Origin: Patescibacteria group bacterium
GTDB taxonomy: Bacteria > Patescibacteriota > Minisyncoccia > UBA6257 > HR35
Direction of reading: 5' to 3'
Length of the DNA stretch: 64,000 nucleotides
NCBI GenBank assembly: GCA_030549895.1
Contig: JAUQQM010000001.1
Location: 44,091-108,090, forward strand
The position numbers were made by a program, and so were the translations under genes. Under the pieces are notes generated by a model. That model saw only the letters and a list, made by a program, of their open reading frames with translations. It was not told where the DNA came from and made no database searches. Each line of letters opens with the position of its first letter. Positions within the stretch are counted from its first letter, which is position 1. Positions 17,248-27,918 of the stretch are shown one piece after another.

Positions 17248-18618
17248 ATGGAGCGAGTTGATGAAAAATTACCCCAAGAAGAATTAGAAAAAATATGGAA
17301 AGAGGTTTTATCTGAGATAGAATTAGAAGTCTCTAAACCAGCTTTCAAGACATGGTTTACAAATACAACTTTAGTTGCTAAAAAAAATGAAAAATTAATA
17401 ATTGGAGTTCCTTCTAATTTTGTAAAAGAATGGCTTAAAAAAAGATTTTCAAATATTATTTTAAAACATCTTCGAAAGTTTTTCTCGGATATAAAAACTC
17501 TAGACTATACTGTAATTTCAAAACCAACAACCATAGAAACAATAACAAAAGATCAAATTCAATTTTCAACAAAATTAGAAATATTTCAAATTGATCCAAA
17601 AACAAATCTTAACAAAAAATATAAATTCTCAAATTTTGTTGTTGGTCCAAATAATGAGATAGCCTTTGCTGCAAGTCAGTCTGTTGTTCAGATGTTAGGA
17701 AAAAAATATAATCCCTTATTCATTTACGGTGGGGTTGGTTTAGGTAAGACTCATCTTCTTCAAGCTATAGGAAATGAAATTGTTGAAAAGTACAAAAACA
17801 TTAATGTAAAATATCTTACTTGTGATAAATTTGTTAGTGACCTAGTGAATTATATTAAAAATCAACAATTAGAAGAATTTAAAATTAAGTTTAAAAGTGT
17901 CGATGTTCTTTTAATTGATGATATTCATTTCCTTTCTCAAAAAGAAAGAGCTCAAATAGAACTTTTTCATATTTTTAATTTCCTTTATGAAAGAGAAAAA
18001 CAAATAGTATTTTCATCTGATAGACCCCCTTCGCTTATAAATGATATTGAAGAAAGACTAAGATCAAGATTTTCTGGAGGACTTATCGTTGATATTGAAC
18101 CACCTGATTATGAAACAAGAGTTGCAATTTTGAAAATGAAAATGGCCGAAAAAAATGGAAATTTACCAGATAAAATTCTCAGCATTATTGCTGAAAAAGT
18201 TCAAAAAAATGTAAGAGAACTTGAAGGAGTTTTAACTAAAGCTTTAATTTATTATTCAAAAAAACAAAATTTAACTTCAGAAGATTTAGAAAAAATTCTA
18301 AAAGACTATTATCAAGACAGTTATAGACTAGTTACGCCAACAAGAATAATTAATATTATTTCTTCTTTTTATGAAATAAATTCTAAATATCTTTTAGAAC
18401 CAACAAGGAAAAAAGAGTATGTAAAACCAAGGCAAATTTTAATGTATCTTTTAAGAGAGTTAACCAATCTTTCTTATCCAACAATTGGAGAAAAAGTTGG
18501 GGGAAGAGATCATACAACAGTCATGTACGCTTATGAGAAAATAAAAAAAGAAATTCAAAAAAACCAAGATCTAGCAAAAGAAATAGAAATATTAAAAGAA
18601 AGAATTTTAAGTAGTTAA
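17248..18618 (+). CDS. dnaA: Chromosomal replication initiator DnaA
   Basis: AAA+ Walker A GGVGLGKTHLL; C-terminal DNA-binding domain ...DHTTVMYAYEKI. Confidence 0.95.
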   Translation: MERVDEKLPQEELEKIWKEVLSEIELEVSKPAFKTWFTNTTLVAKKNEKLIIGVPSNFVKEWLKKRFSNIILKHLRKFFSDIKTLDYTVISKPTTIETITKDQIQFSTKLEIFQIDPKTNLNKKYKFSNFVVGPNNEIAFAASQSVVQMLGKKYNPLFIYGGVGLGKTHLLQAIGNEIVEKYKNINVKYLTCDKFVSDLVNYIKNQQLEEFKIKFKSVDVLLIDDIHFLSQKERAQIELFHIFNFLYEREKQIVFSSDRPPSLINDIEERLRSRFSGGLIVDIEPPDYETRVAILKMKMAEKNGNLPDKILSIIAEKVQKNVRELEGVLTKALIYYSKKQNLTSEDLEKILKDYYQDSYRLVTPTRIINIISSFYEINSKYLLEPTRKKEYVKPRQILMYLLRELTNLSYPTIGEKVGGRDHTTVMYAYEKIKKEIQKNQDLAKEIEILKERILSS

Positions 18619-18751
18619 CTTGTAGATAAATTATGGAAAAAAATTATAAAGAAAATTATCAACAAGATATAAAGATTTTAAAATTTAAACGTTTTAAAAA
18701 GAAGCGCGTCTTGATTGGAATTTTAACATTTCACAATCAAGACAAGATTTT

Positions 18752-19855
18752 ATGGAATTTATTATTTTAAAAGAAAAACTTAAAAATGCTCTTAATATAG
18801 CTGAACGTGTAGGTGGAAAAAAGAGTGGCCTTAATATTTTAGATAAATTTTTATTAAAAACTATAGATAAAAAACAAATAGAAATAAAAGCAACAGACTT
18901 AGATATAGGGTACACCGCTTACCTCCCAGCTCAAATAGAAAAAGAAGGAGAAATAGCTTTACCAATTAAAATAGTTAACGATTTTGTAAGTAAATTCCAA
19001 GAAGAAACAATTAGGTTTAAAGTAAAAGAAAACAACCTAGAAATAATAGGAAAAAATTCTTATTCTTTAATTCCAGGAACAACAACAGAAGATTTTCCAA
19101 TTATTCCTAAAACAGAAAGAAAAAATAAAATAACAATAAAATTTAAAGACTTTCAAGACTCAATAGAAAGGATTTTACCTGTTTTAAAATCTTCAGAATT
19201 AAAACCAGAATTAAATGGTGTTTATTTTTACCTCAATGGAGGTTATTTGAAAATAGTAACAACAGACAGTTTTAGATTAGCAGAAAAAACAATAAATTCA
19301 TTTAAAAGTTCAGAAAAAGATTTAAATTTATATATTCCTAAAAGAATAATTCAAGAAGTAAATAATCTAGAGTGTAGCCCAGAGAGTGATCTTAATATTT
19401 GGTATGATGAAAATCAAGTTGAGTTTGAAATTGAAAATAACTTTCTTATTTCAAGACTTATAAATTTAGAGTATCCAAAATATCAAGAGATTATTCCTAA
19501 AGATTTTAAAGTTGAAATAATTTTAAGTTATAAAGAACTCTTTGAGGCTCTTAATTTAAGCAAAGTTTTTGCTTCAAGAATAAACGAGGTAATTTTTGAA
19601 TTTGATGGAAAACTAACATGTTTAGCTAAAAACGAGCTTGTTGGTGAAAATAAGGTTATTTTAGAACCTAAAACAATAAAAAAAGAAGTAAAAAACTTTA
19701 AAATAGCTTTTAATATAGATTTTTTTGTTGATGGCCTGAAAGCAGTTGAGGATGATGAGATTTATATAGGATTTAATGATAGCGAAAAACCATCTCTTAT
19801 TAAAAATCCAAAAGATGAGTCTTTCTTTTACATTTTAATGCCTGTTTATGTTTAA
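18752..19855 (+). CDS. dnaN: DNA polymerase III beta sliding clamp
   Basis: 367 aa. Three-domain clamp pattern; synteny directly after dnaA. Confidence 0.9.
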   Translation: MEFIILKEKLKNALNIAERVGGKKSGLNILDKFLLKTIDKKQIEIKATDLDIGYTAYLPAQIEKEGEIALPIKIVNDFVSKFQEETIRFKVKENNLEIIGKNSYSLIPGTTTEDFPIIPKTERKNKITIKFKDFQDSIERILPVLKSSELKPELNGVYFYLNGGYLKIVTTDSFRLAEKTINSFKSSEKDLNLYIPKRIIQEVNNLECSPESDLNIWYDENQVEFEIENNFLISRLINLEYPKYQEIIPKDFKVEIILSYKELFEALNLSKVFASRINEVIFEFDGKLTCLAKNELVGENKVILEPKTIKKEVKNFKIAFNIDFFVDGLKAVEDDEIYIGFNDSEKPSLIKNPKDESFFYILMPVYV

Positions 19856-20048
19856 AAAAATTCAACTTAAAAAACCACAAGAATTTATTTTAGCTCAAGA
19901 AATTCAAAAAAATTTTCCAGGCTATAAAATAAGATTTAAAAAACAAGAAGATAAATTCATTTTTTACCTTCAAGATGGAGTTATTTATGAGGTTCTTAAA
20001 AATTTTTTAAAAGGAAAAAATATTAATTTTGAGATAAAGATTGAATAA
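19848..20048 (+). CDS. Small hypothetical protein (66 aa) after dnaN
   Basis: ORF only. Overlaps dnaN stop. Confidence 0.3.
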   Translation: MFKKIQLKKPQEFILAQEIQKNFPGYKIRFKKQEDKFIFYLQDGVIYEVLKNFLKGKNINFEIKIE

Positions 20049-22209
20049 AAGACTCATCATACCATAAAGGAAGCTCAAATTCGTTTTTTTTACTTAAAGC
20101 CCAATTAATTACTCCTTTTTCCCAATTTTCAAACTGAGCATCTGAATAAGGATTTTTTGGTGGTGGACCTAAAGGATCTTTTCTATCTATAAAATAAAGT
20201 TCGCTATGGATGACAATTGCATTTTTAAAGTTGACATTATCATAATTTTTTGTTGGTTGATTAGTTATTTTATCAAATGGTTTTATTTCTATAAATTGCC
20301 ATTCTCCATTTAAAAGAGGTTTATCAATTCTTTGAATTTCTGGTTTATTGAACTTTTTAATATTTTTAAGTTTTAGATATTCAGGTCTTGAAAGAGCATA
20401 AGATAAAAATTCGTTCCATAAAGGTACCGAAACCGAAAAACCAGCTCCAGCTTGATCCATAGGAGTTTCATCATTATTTCCTCCCCAAACACCAACAACA
20501 AGAAAAGGCAGATAGCCAACTGTCCAAGCATCACGAGAATTTTGAGTTGTTCCGGTTTTAACAGCTACTTGCCATCCAGGAATATTTAGTTTGCTGTTTG
20601 GCATAAAAACACCAATTCTAGCATCATCGTCCGAGAGAATATCATTTATTATTCTAGCTATATTTTCGGGTATTACTTTTTTTCTTTGAGGCTCGTATTT
20701 ATAAATCAAATTTCCCTTAGAATCATATATTTCTTTTACGAAACTAAAAGAAGGTTGAAAACCCTCGGTAGCTAAAGCACTATAAGCTCGAACAAGATCA
20801 ATTAGTCTAATTTCTGGAGTTCCTAAAACTAAAGAAAGTCCATAATCTTTTTCTTGTTTTATAAGTTCTAGTTCTTTTAATTTTTTAATAACTTCATCAT
20901 AACCAGCAAGATAAAGTACTTTTATAGAAGTTACATTTATTGATTGAGCTAAAGATTGTCTTACAGTTATCGGCCCTCTAAAGTTTTTATCCCAGTTATT
21001 AGGAGTAAATGGCCTTCGAGGATTTACAGAAAAGTTAGTTGGAACATCAAACAAAATCATGTTATCAGGATAACCTTTTTCAAAAAAAACACTATAGATA
21101 AATGGTTTTATTGTTGAACCAACTTGTTTTGGTCTTAAAGTTACATTTACAGCTCCATCAATTGATTTGTCGAAGTAATCTTTTGAGCCAACCATAACTA
21201 AAACTTCTCCTGTTTCTGGATCCATTGCTAGTAAGGCAGCATTTTTTGCTTTAAATTTTTCTTTATTTATTTCTGCATATTTTTTTACTAACTCTTCTGC
21301 TTTTTTTTGAAGCTCATAATTTAAAGTTGTAATTACTTTAAGGCCAGCAACTTCTAGGTTAATATCAGGAAAGTTATTTTCAAGAAAACTTTTAACTTCT
21401 AAAGAAAAATGAAGAGCTTGAAGATTTTTTTCTCTGTTTATATTTAGTTGAATTGGCGTTTCAAGAGCTTTTTTGTAGTCCTCTTGGCTTATATAGCCAT
21501 CTTCTAGCATTCTTTTAAGTACATAATTTCTTCTTTTAAGAGCAAGATCTAAATTTTTTATTGGAGAATAAATACTTGGGGCTTTAGGTATTCCAACTAA
21601 AAGAGCAATTTCCTCAAGACTTAATTCTTTTGCTTTTTTACTAAAATAAAATTCTGCCGCAGATTCTATTCCGTACCTTCCCTCACCAAAGTTTATATTA
21701 TTAAGATAAGCTGCTAAAATTTCGTCTTTTGAGTATTTTTTTTCAAGAATAATAGCCAAAATTATTTCCTTTATTTTTCTAGTGAAAGTTTTTTTAGTTG
21801 AAAGGAAAAGGTTTCTAGCAAGTTGTTGAGTTATAGTAGAACCGCCATAGCGAGGTGAGCCTTCTTTTACATTTAACCATATAGCTCTTATAATTCCTTT
21901 TAGACTAATACCTTTATGCTTGTAAAAGTCTTTATCTTCAGCAGAAATTACTGCTTTTTTTACTAAATCAGGTATTTCTTGGGGACTTATTAATGTTTTT
22001 TTTGGGCCAATTTCATAAATTAAATAATTTCCAGTTCTATCATAAATTTTAGTTGACTCATTCTGATTAACATATATATCTGGAAGAGATAAAATTAAAA
22101 AACTAAGATAAAATAAAAATAAAGTTAAAAATAAAAAAAGGAAAGAAGAAAGATAAATAGCAATTTTTTTGATTTTTCTCTTCAAAAAAATTCTTTTTCG
22201 AGAAGCCAT
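20023..22209 (-). CDS. Class A penicillin-binding protein (GT51 transglycosylase plus transpeptidase)
   Basis: GT51 motifs EDKDFYKHKGI...RYGGSTITQQLARN; TPase SxxK (VGSTIKPF), KTGTT. Confidence 0.9.
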   Translation of the reverse strand: MASRKRIFLKRKIKKIAIYLSSFLFLFLTLFLFYLSFLILSLPDIYVNQNESTKIYDRTGNYLIYEIGPKKTLISPQEIPDLVKKAVISAEDKDFYKHKGISLKGIIRAIWLNVKEGSPRYGGSTITQQLARNLFLSTKKTFTRKIKEIILAIILEKKYSKDEILAAYLNNINFGEGRYGIESAAEFYFSKKAKELSLEEIALLVGIPKAPSIYSPIKNLDLALKRRNYVLKRMLEDGYISQEDYKKALETPIQLNINREKNLQALHFSLEVKSFLENNFPDINLEVAGLKVITTLNYELQKKAEELVKKYAEINKEKFKAKNAALLAMDPETGEVLVMVGSKDYFDKSIDGAVNVTLRPKQVGSTIKPFIYSVFFEKGYPDNMILFDVPTNFSVNPRRPFTPNNWDKNFRGPITVRQSLAQSINVTSIKVLYLAGYDEVIKKLKELELIKQEKDYGLSLVLGTPEIRLIDLVRAYSALATEGFQPSFSFVKEIYDSKGNLIYKYEPQRKKVIPENIARIINDILSDDDARIGVFMPNSKLNIPGWQVAVKTGTTQNSRDAWTVGYLPFLVVGVWGGNNDETPMDQAGAGFSVSVPLWNEFLSYALSRPEYLKLKNIKKFNKPEIQRIDKPLLNGEWQFIEIKPFDKITNQPTKNYDNVNFKNAIVIHSELYFIDRKDPLGPPPKNPYSDAQFENWEKGVINWALSKKNEFELPLWYDESFIQSLSQN

Positions 22210-22222
22210 TTATAATTATACA

Positions 22223-23872
22223 ATGGAGCAACAATTAAGAAAAATTTGGGAAGAACAAGAGGAAAAAATTGCTCAAAGCTTAGCTGAAATTTTAGGCCTT
22301 CCTTATATTAATTTGAATTATACATTTATCAATCCAGAAACAGGAAAAATAGTCAATCTTGAAGAATTAAAAAATGCCTCAGCTGTAATTTTTTGGAGGG
22401 ATGCTCATAAAATAAAAATAGGAGTAATTGATCCCAAAAAACCGGAAACAGAAAAACTAATAGAGGAATTAAGACAGAAAAATTATCAAGTTGAAATTTA
22501 TATCATCTCCCAGAATTCCCTTAATAAAGCCCTTAAAGATCTTGAAGAATTTGAAAACAGAAAAACTTTATCTTCATATATCAGTGTTTTAACTTTAAAT
22601 AAATCTCTTATCGAGAAAATAAAAAATGAAATTTCTTCTTTAGGAGATGTTGATAAAGTAATTAAAGAATATGATTCCCCAAACAGAGGTTATGATATTT
22701 TAGAAATTATCTTTGCTGCTGTTAGTGTTCTAAAACCATCAGACGTTCATCTTGAACCTCAAAAGGATTTTGTTGTTGTAAGATTTAGAATTGATGGAAT
22801 TTTACATGAAGTTAGCAATCTTTCTTATAACTCTTATCAAATTTTAAAAAACAGACTCAAACTTCTTTCTGGAATGAAACTAACATTTAAAAAGATTGCT
22901 CAAGATGGAAGATTTTCTTTAGACTTAGGGGAAAAAATTTTAGAAGTCCGAAGTTCTTTAATTCCAGGAGATTATGATGAGTCTTTTGTTTTAAGAATTC
23001 TTGATCCTGAAGTAGCTAAGTTTCCTTTAGAGAAGTTAGGTTTTAGAGAAGAAGATTTAGAAATTGTAAAAAGAAATCTTCTTCAGCCAAACGGAATGAT
23101 CCTTGTTACTGGTCCTACTGGATCAGGAAAAACAACAACTCTTTATAGCTTTATTCATCAGATAGCCTCTCCAACTATCAAAATAATAACTCTTGAAGAT
23201 CCAATTGAATACAAAATTCCAGGAATTCAACAAACTCAAGTTAATCCAAAAAGTGGTTATACTTTTGCTTCTGGCCTTAGAGCTATCTTAAGACAAGATC
23301 CAGATGTTATCTTGGTTGGGGAAATAAGAGATGAAGAAACAGCTCAAATTGCTATTACCGCAGCTCTTACAGGCCATCTTGTGATTTCTACTTTACATAC
23401 TAATAACTCTTTAGGTGCTATTCCAAGACTTGTTAATTTAAAGGTTAAAAGAGATTTAATTCCGCCAGCTTTAAGACTTGTAATTGCTCAAAGATTAGTA
23501 AGAAGAGTTTGCCAGTTATGTACTCAATTTATCGATCCTCAACCAAGTCTTAGAGAAAGAATAATGAAAGAATTAGAAACTATACCAAAAGAAATAAAAT
23601 CAAAAATACCAGAGGATTTTAAGATTCCAAAAATAGTTGGATGCAAAAATTGTAACTTTTTAGGTTATAAAGGGAGAATAGGAATTTTTGAGATGTTTGA
23701 AATGTCTTTGGATTTAGAAGAAGTTATTTTAAAGGATCCATCAGAACAAAATATTTGGAACTCTTTAAAAGATAAAGGTTTTGTAACTCTTCTTCAAGAT
23801 GGCCTTTTAAAGGTAATATTTCATCAGACAAGTCTTGAGGAGCTAACAAGAGTTGTTGGTTTTATTTTATGA
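22223..23872 (+). CDS. Type II/IV secretion (type IV pilus) assembly ATPase, GspE/PilB family
   Basis: Start MEQQLRKIW at 22223. Walker A VTGPTGSGKTTTLYS; Asp box, His box GHLVISTLHTN. Confidence 0.85.
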   Translation: MEQQLRKIWEEQEEKIAQSLAEILGLPYINLNYTFINPETGKIVNLEELKNASAVIFWRDAHKIKIGVIDPKKPETEKLIEELRQKNYQVEIYIISQNSLNKALKDLEEFENRKTLSSYISVLTLNKSLIEKIKNEISSLGDVDKVIKEYDSPNRGYDILEIIFAAVSVLKPSDVHLEPQKDFVVVRFRIDGILHEVSNLSYNSYQILKNRLKLLSGMKLTFKKIAQDGRFSLDLGEKILEVRSSLIPGDYDESFVLRILDPEVAKFPLEKLGFREEDLEIVKRNLLQPNGMILVTGPTGSGKTTTLYSFIHQIASPTIKIITLEDPIEYKIPGIQQTQVNPKSGYTFASGLRAILRQDPDVILVGEIRDEETAQIAITAALTGHLVISTLHTNNSLGAIPRLVNLKVKRDLIPPALRLVIAQRLVRRVCQLCTQFIDPQPSLRERIMKELETIPKEIKSKIPEDFKIPKIVGCKNCNFLGYKGRIGIFEMFEMSLDLEEVILKDPSEQNIWNSLKDKGFVTLLQDGLLKVIFHQTSLEELTRVVGFIL

Positions 23873-24624
23873 GCTGGCGAGTTAAACAAAGACTAAAAAT
23901 TTTGAGTATAATTTTTATTATCTTTATTTTTCTTTTTATTTATTTTTTTGAAAAAACAAAACCAGAACCAACTTGTTTTGATGGGATAAAAAATCAAGGA
24001 GAACTTGGTGTTGATTGTGGTGGCCCATGCCCTCCATGCAGACTTTTTGAGTTAAAAGAAATAAAAGTTCAAGATATTTTGAAATTTGACTATCGAAAAG
24101 TTCTTGATGTTTTAGTTATTCTTTTAAATGAAAATCCGGATTATGGCATAGAGAATTTTAAGGTTACTTTAGAATTTCTAAAAGAAGATGTTGTTCTAGC
24201 TAAATTTGAAAAATCTATTTTTATCAATCCTGGCCAAAGGAAATATGTAACTTTTTACAATTTACCTCTTAATCTTAAGGACTATCAAATAAGTGTAAAA
24301 TTAGAAAAACAAGGTATTTATAATTGGAAAAATCCAAAAATTTTTCCTTCTCAAGTTAATTTTGATTTTTTAAATACAACCTTAAGCCAAGAAGGTTCTT
24401 TTTATAGTCTTGAAGGCCAAATTTATAATAAGACGAATTTAGATTTTGATAATTTAAAATTGATAGGGCTCTTACTTGATGATTATGAGACAATTCTTTC
24501 TTTTAATGAATATGATCTTGGTTCAATTAGGGGTTTTGAGAAAAAAAATTTCAAATTTTTATTATTTAAACCATTAATTCAGCCCAAAAAACAAAAAATT
24601 ATAGTCGATGTTAATCTCTTTTAA
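23869..24624 (+). CDS. Hypothetical membrane-anchored protein with Cys-rich motif CxDGxxNQGExGVDCGGPCPPC
   Basis: ORF translation. Start overlaps the ATPase gene stop (ATGA). Confidence 0.4.
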   Translation: MSWRVKQRLKILSIIFIIFIFLFIYFFEKTKPEPTCFDGIKNQGELGVDCGGPCPPCRLFELKEIKVQDILKFDYRKVLDVLVILLNENPDYGIENFKVTLEFLKEDVVLAKFEKSIFINPGQRKYVTFYNLPLNLKDYQISVKLEKQGIYNWKNPKIFPSQVNFDFLNTTLSQEGSFYSLEGQIYNKTNLDFDNLKLIGLLLDDYETILSFNEYDLGSIRGFEKKNFKFLLFKPLIQPKKQKIIVDVNLF

Positions 24625-25675
24625 AGAAGAATTAAAAATTAAAATAATTATTCTTCTTTTATTTTTAGCAGGGCTTTCTTTTATAAGCCTTGAGGGGATA
24701 AACAATAAAGAGTTTATTGGTTCTTTTCCTTTTAGGCAGCTAATTTTTTTTGTTATCTCCTTTTTTATTTTATTTTTTCTTCAAAAATTTAATTTTAATT
24801 TTTTTAGCGAAAAATTTTTATATTTTTTTAGCTTTTTAAGTGTTTTTCTTATGATCGTAGCTATATTTTTTGGCTATAAAAAATCTTGGATAAATTTTAA
24901 AACTTTTAGTCTTCAACCAATAGAATTTTTAAAAATTGCTTACATTTTAGTTTTAGCAGAATTTTTAAGTAAGATTAAAAAAATCGTAAGCCTAAGAGTA
25001 CTTTTAAAGACTCTAGGAGTTTTATTGGGTGCTAGTTTTTTAGTTTTTCTTCAAGGAGATTTCGGCGGCCTTTTAGTTTTTATTTTAATATGGCTAGGAC
25101 TTGTGTTTTTTTATTTAAATAGAAATCTTAAAGTCTTTATTTTACTTTCTTTGATTTTATTTAGTTTCATTTCTTGGAATTATTTACTTAAAGATTATCA
25201 AAAAGAAAGAATTCTTAATTTTCTTTTTCCTGAAAGAGATATTTTTGGATCTGGTTATAATGCTTTTCAAAGTAGGACAGCCTTTGGCTCTGGTGGAGTT
25301 TTTGGTAAGGGCTTTAAATTAGGTTATCAAGCTTACTATGGATTTTTACCAAATGCTCATACAGATTTTCTTCTTTCTTCATTTGTTGAACAATTCGGTT
25401 TTCTAGGATTTTCGATATTTTTGATTTTAAATATCCTTTTATGGAATTATCTTAACAAAATTAAAGAATTTTTAAAAGAACCAAGAGAGATAATTTTTGT
25501 TAATGGTTTTAAGCTATGGTTTTTAATTCAGTTTGTTATAAACACTTTTATGAATTTAGGATTTTTCCCAATTATAGGTCTCCCCCTACCTTTTTTTAGT
25601 TATGGAGGTTCTCATATAATTGCTGAATTTTTTTCGATAGCTATTATTTTTAACTTTTTAAAAAGAGTGGTATAA
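24608..25675 (+). CDS. Second SEDS-family protein (FtsW/RodA)
   Basis: ...FPIIGLPLPFFSYGGSHIIAEF... motif; polytopic. Confidence 0.8.
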   Translation: MLISFKEELKIKIIILLLFLAGLSFISLEGINNKEFIGSFPFRQLIFFVISFFILFFLQKFNFNFFSEKFLYFFSFLSVFLMIVAIFFGYKKSWINFKTFSLQPIEFLKIAYILVLAEFLSKIKKIVSLRVLLKTLGVLLGASFLVFLQGDFGGLLVFILIWLGLVFFYLNRNLKVFILLSLILFSFISWNYLLKDYQKERILNFLFPERDIFGSGYNAFQSRTAFGSGGVFGKGFKLGYQAYYGFLPNAHTDFLLSSFVEQFGFLGFSIFLILNILLWNYLNKIKEFLKEPREIIFVNGFKLWFLIQFVINTFMNLGFFPIIGLPLPFFSYGGSHIIAEFFSIAIIFNFLKRVV

Positions 25676-25684
25676 TTAAAATTT

Positions 25685-26182
25685 ATGGAAAACATAATTT
25701 TTACCAAAGGCTCAGGCTCGCAAGTTAGTTTTGAGGAGATGATAAAAGAAATAATAAATTTCACTAAAGACAAAAAATTTCCCTATAGAGTTATGATAGG
25801 TACCGACTCTGAGATAGAAAATAATGAGGTTGATTTTGTTTCTGCTGTAGTTGTTCATAGAGTTGGTTTTGGTGGGAAATTTTACTATCGAAGATGGAAA
25901 AAGAAAGGCGATTCCAATAGTGGGGAGAAGTTTTACCTTATCTATCAAAGGATATGGGATGAAGTTTTAGCTTCTGTTGATCTTGCCCAAAAACTAGTTG
26001 AGGCTTTTAAAAAATACAAGACTAATGTAAATTTTGAATTACATGTAGATGTCGGCTATAATGGTCATACAAAAGATATAATTCAGGAAGTTGTAAATTA
26101 TATAAGAACTTATGGTCTTGATGTAAAAGTAAAACCAGATTCTTTTGTAGCCTCAAAAGTTGCCGATAGATACGTCATTTAG
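25685..26182 (+). CDS. YkuK/DUF458-like RNase-H-fold protein (tentative)
   Basis: Motif RVMIGTDSE...FVSAVVVHR resembles YkuK-family IGTDSQ...; 165 aa. Confidence 0.4.
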   Translation: MENIIFTKGSGSQVSFEEMIKEIINFTKDKKFPYRVMIGTDSEIENNEVDFVSAVVVHRVGFGGKFYYRRWKKKGDSNSGEKFYLIYQRIWDEVLASVDLAQKLVEAFKKYKTNVNFELHVDVGYNGHTKDIIQEVVNYIRTYGLDVKVKPDSFVASKVADRYVI

Positions 26183-26266
26183 CCTGGGTGGCGGAATTGG
26201 AAGACGCAGAGGACTCAAAATCCTCTGGCCATTTAGGCCGTGAGGGTTCGACTCCCTCCCCAGGCA
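26183..26266 (+). tRNA. tRNA-Leu (CAA), class II with long variable arm
   Basis: GCCTGGG acceptor, anticodon loop CTCAAAA, variable hairpin GGCC-attta-GGCC, T arm GAGGG-TTCGACT-CCCTC. Begins the nucleotide after the upstream stop codon. Confidence 0.85.
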
Positions 26267-26301
26267 CAATAAAAAACTTTTAGGATATTTTATAATTTTT
26301 A

Positions 26302-27918
26302 ATGCTTCAAAAACTAGCTTTAGTTTTTACCTTTACTTTCCTAGTCACTTTTTTATTTTCTTTATTAAATCAACCAGTAATAAGTAGCTACATTTTAAGT
26401 GGTTTTTTAATTTCTCATCTAGTTAATATCGATCCTATTTTTGAAGAGTTAATAAATTTTTCTACTGAATTAGGCCTCATCCTTCTTCTTTTTCTTGTTG
26501 GCCTTAATTTAAATCTAGATTCTTTAAAAGAAGTGAGTAAAAAATCATTTATTTTAGGAATTTTTCAGGAAATAATTACAACTTTTATTGGTTTTTTATT
26601 TTTAAAAATTTTAGGTTTTTCTAATGTTCTTTCTTTAATTTTGGCTCTTGCTTTTTCTTTTTCTTCAACAATTCTTACAGTGAAAATTTTTTCTGATAAA
26701 AAAGTTTTCGATACTTTGTATGGAAAAATAGCTATAGGTTTTATGATAGTTCAAGATCTTATAGCTGTAATTTTAATTTTAGTCTTACCTTTATTTTTTT
26801 CAAATGATAAAGTTTTTGGCTTGGAAAAATTTTTTATAGGTTTGCTAACTCTTGGTTTAATTTCTTTTTTAGTTTTAAAATTTATTAGGAAAGTAGAAAG
26901 ATTTTTGGAAAAATCTATAGAAATTTTGTTTTTATTTTCTTTATTTTTTGTTTTATTTTTAAGCACCTTATTTTTGAATTTTAATATTCCCATAGAAGTA
27001 AGTGCTTTCATTTCAGGTGTTTTACTTTCAGGTACTTATTTTGCTAAAGAGATCTCATCCAGACTTTCACCTTTAAGGGACTTCTTTTTAATTTTGTTTT
27101 TTGTTTATATCGGCTCTTTATTTAAATTTTCATCTTTTGATTTTATTTTGAAAGGGCTAGTGATTTCTCTTTTTATTTTAATTTTCAATCCTTTAATAAT
27201 TTGGTTTATCTTACTATTTTTAAAGGTTCCCCCACGAGTTAATTTTATAGTTTCTCTTACAGGGGGCCAGATAAGTGAATTTTCTTTTATTTTAGCTAAT
27301 TTAGTTAAAAAATATAACCTCTTAGATGAAAAAATTCTAAGCTTGATTTCTTTTGTAGGTTTTACCACAATTTTTATTTCTTCTTATTTTATTTATTACA
27401 GCGATAAACTTTATGAGAAAATTAGATTGAAATTTGGTTTTTATAGAAAAGAAAGAATCCAAGACGAACGAATAGAAGGAATAGAAGTTATTTTGTTTGG
27501 TTGTGATCGAACAGGTTATTTAGTAAAAGAGTCTCTTAAAGAACTTAACAAAAAATTTTTAGTTATTGATTATAATGTTTCAATTATTGAGAAGCTTCAA
27601 GCTGAAAATATAAAAGCAATTTACGGCGATGCTGGGGATATAGATTTACTTTTAGATATTTTAAAACCATCAGTAAAAGCTATCATCAGTACTATTCCAG
27701 ATGCAAACATTAATGAACTTATATTTAGGATAGCAAAAAGTAAAAATAAAGATATTATAACTATAGTGGCTGCAAAAGATAAAAATGACTTTGAAAAAAT
27801 GCAAAAATTAGGTGTTGATTATGTTTTTTGGCCGCATCTTTTAGGTGGTAAATTTATTTCAGATTTGATAAAAAATTTTGGTTTTGAGGTAGAAAATTAT
27901 CCAAGATTACAAGTTTAG
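26302..27918 (+). CDS. Monovalent cation:proton antiporter (CPA2/Kef-type) with C-terminal RCK/TrkA-N domain
   Basis: About 12 TM helices, then Rossmann-like VILFGCDRTGY...YGDAGD. Confidence 0.75.
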   Translation: MLQKLALVFTFTFLVTFLFSLLNQPVISSYILSGFLISHLVNIDPIFEELINFSTELGLILLLFLVGLNLNLDSLKEVSKKSFILGIFQEIITTFIGFLFLKILGFSNVLSLILALAFSFSSTILTVKIFSDKKVFDTLYGKIAIGFMIVQDLIAVILILVLPLFFSNDKVFGLEKFFIGLLTLGLISFLVLKFIRKVERFLEKSIEILFLFSLFFVLFLSTLFLNFNIPIEVSAFISGVLLSGTYFAKEISSRLSPLRDFFLILFFVYIGSLFKFSSFDFILKGLVISLFILIFNPLIIWFILLFLKVPPRVNFIVSLTGGQISEFSFILANLVKKYNLLDEKILSLISFVGFTTIFISSYFIYYSDKLYEKIRLKFGFYRKERIQDERIEGIEVILFGCDRTGYLVKESLKELNKKFLVIDYNVSIIEKLQAENIKAIYGDAGDIDLLLDILKPSVKAIISTIPDANINELIFRIAKSKNKDIITIVAAKDKNDFEKMQKLGVDYVFWPHLLGGKFISDLIKNFGFEVENYPRLQV

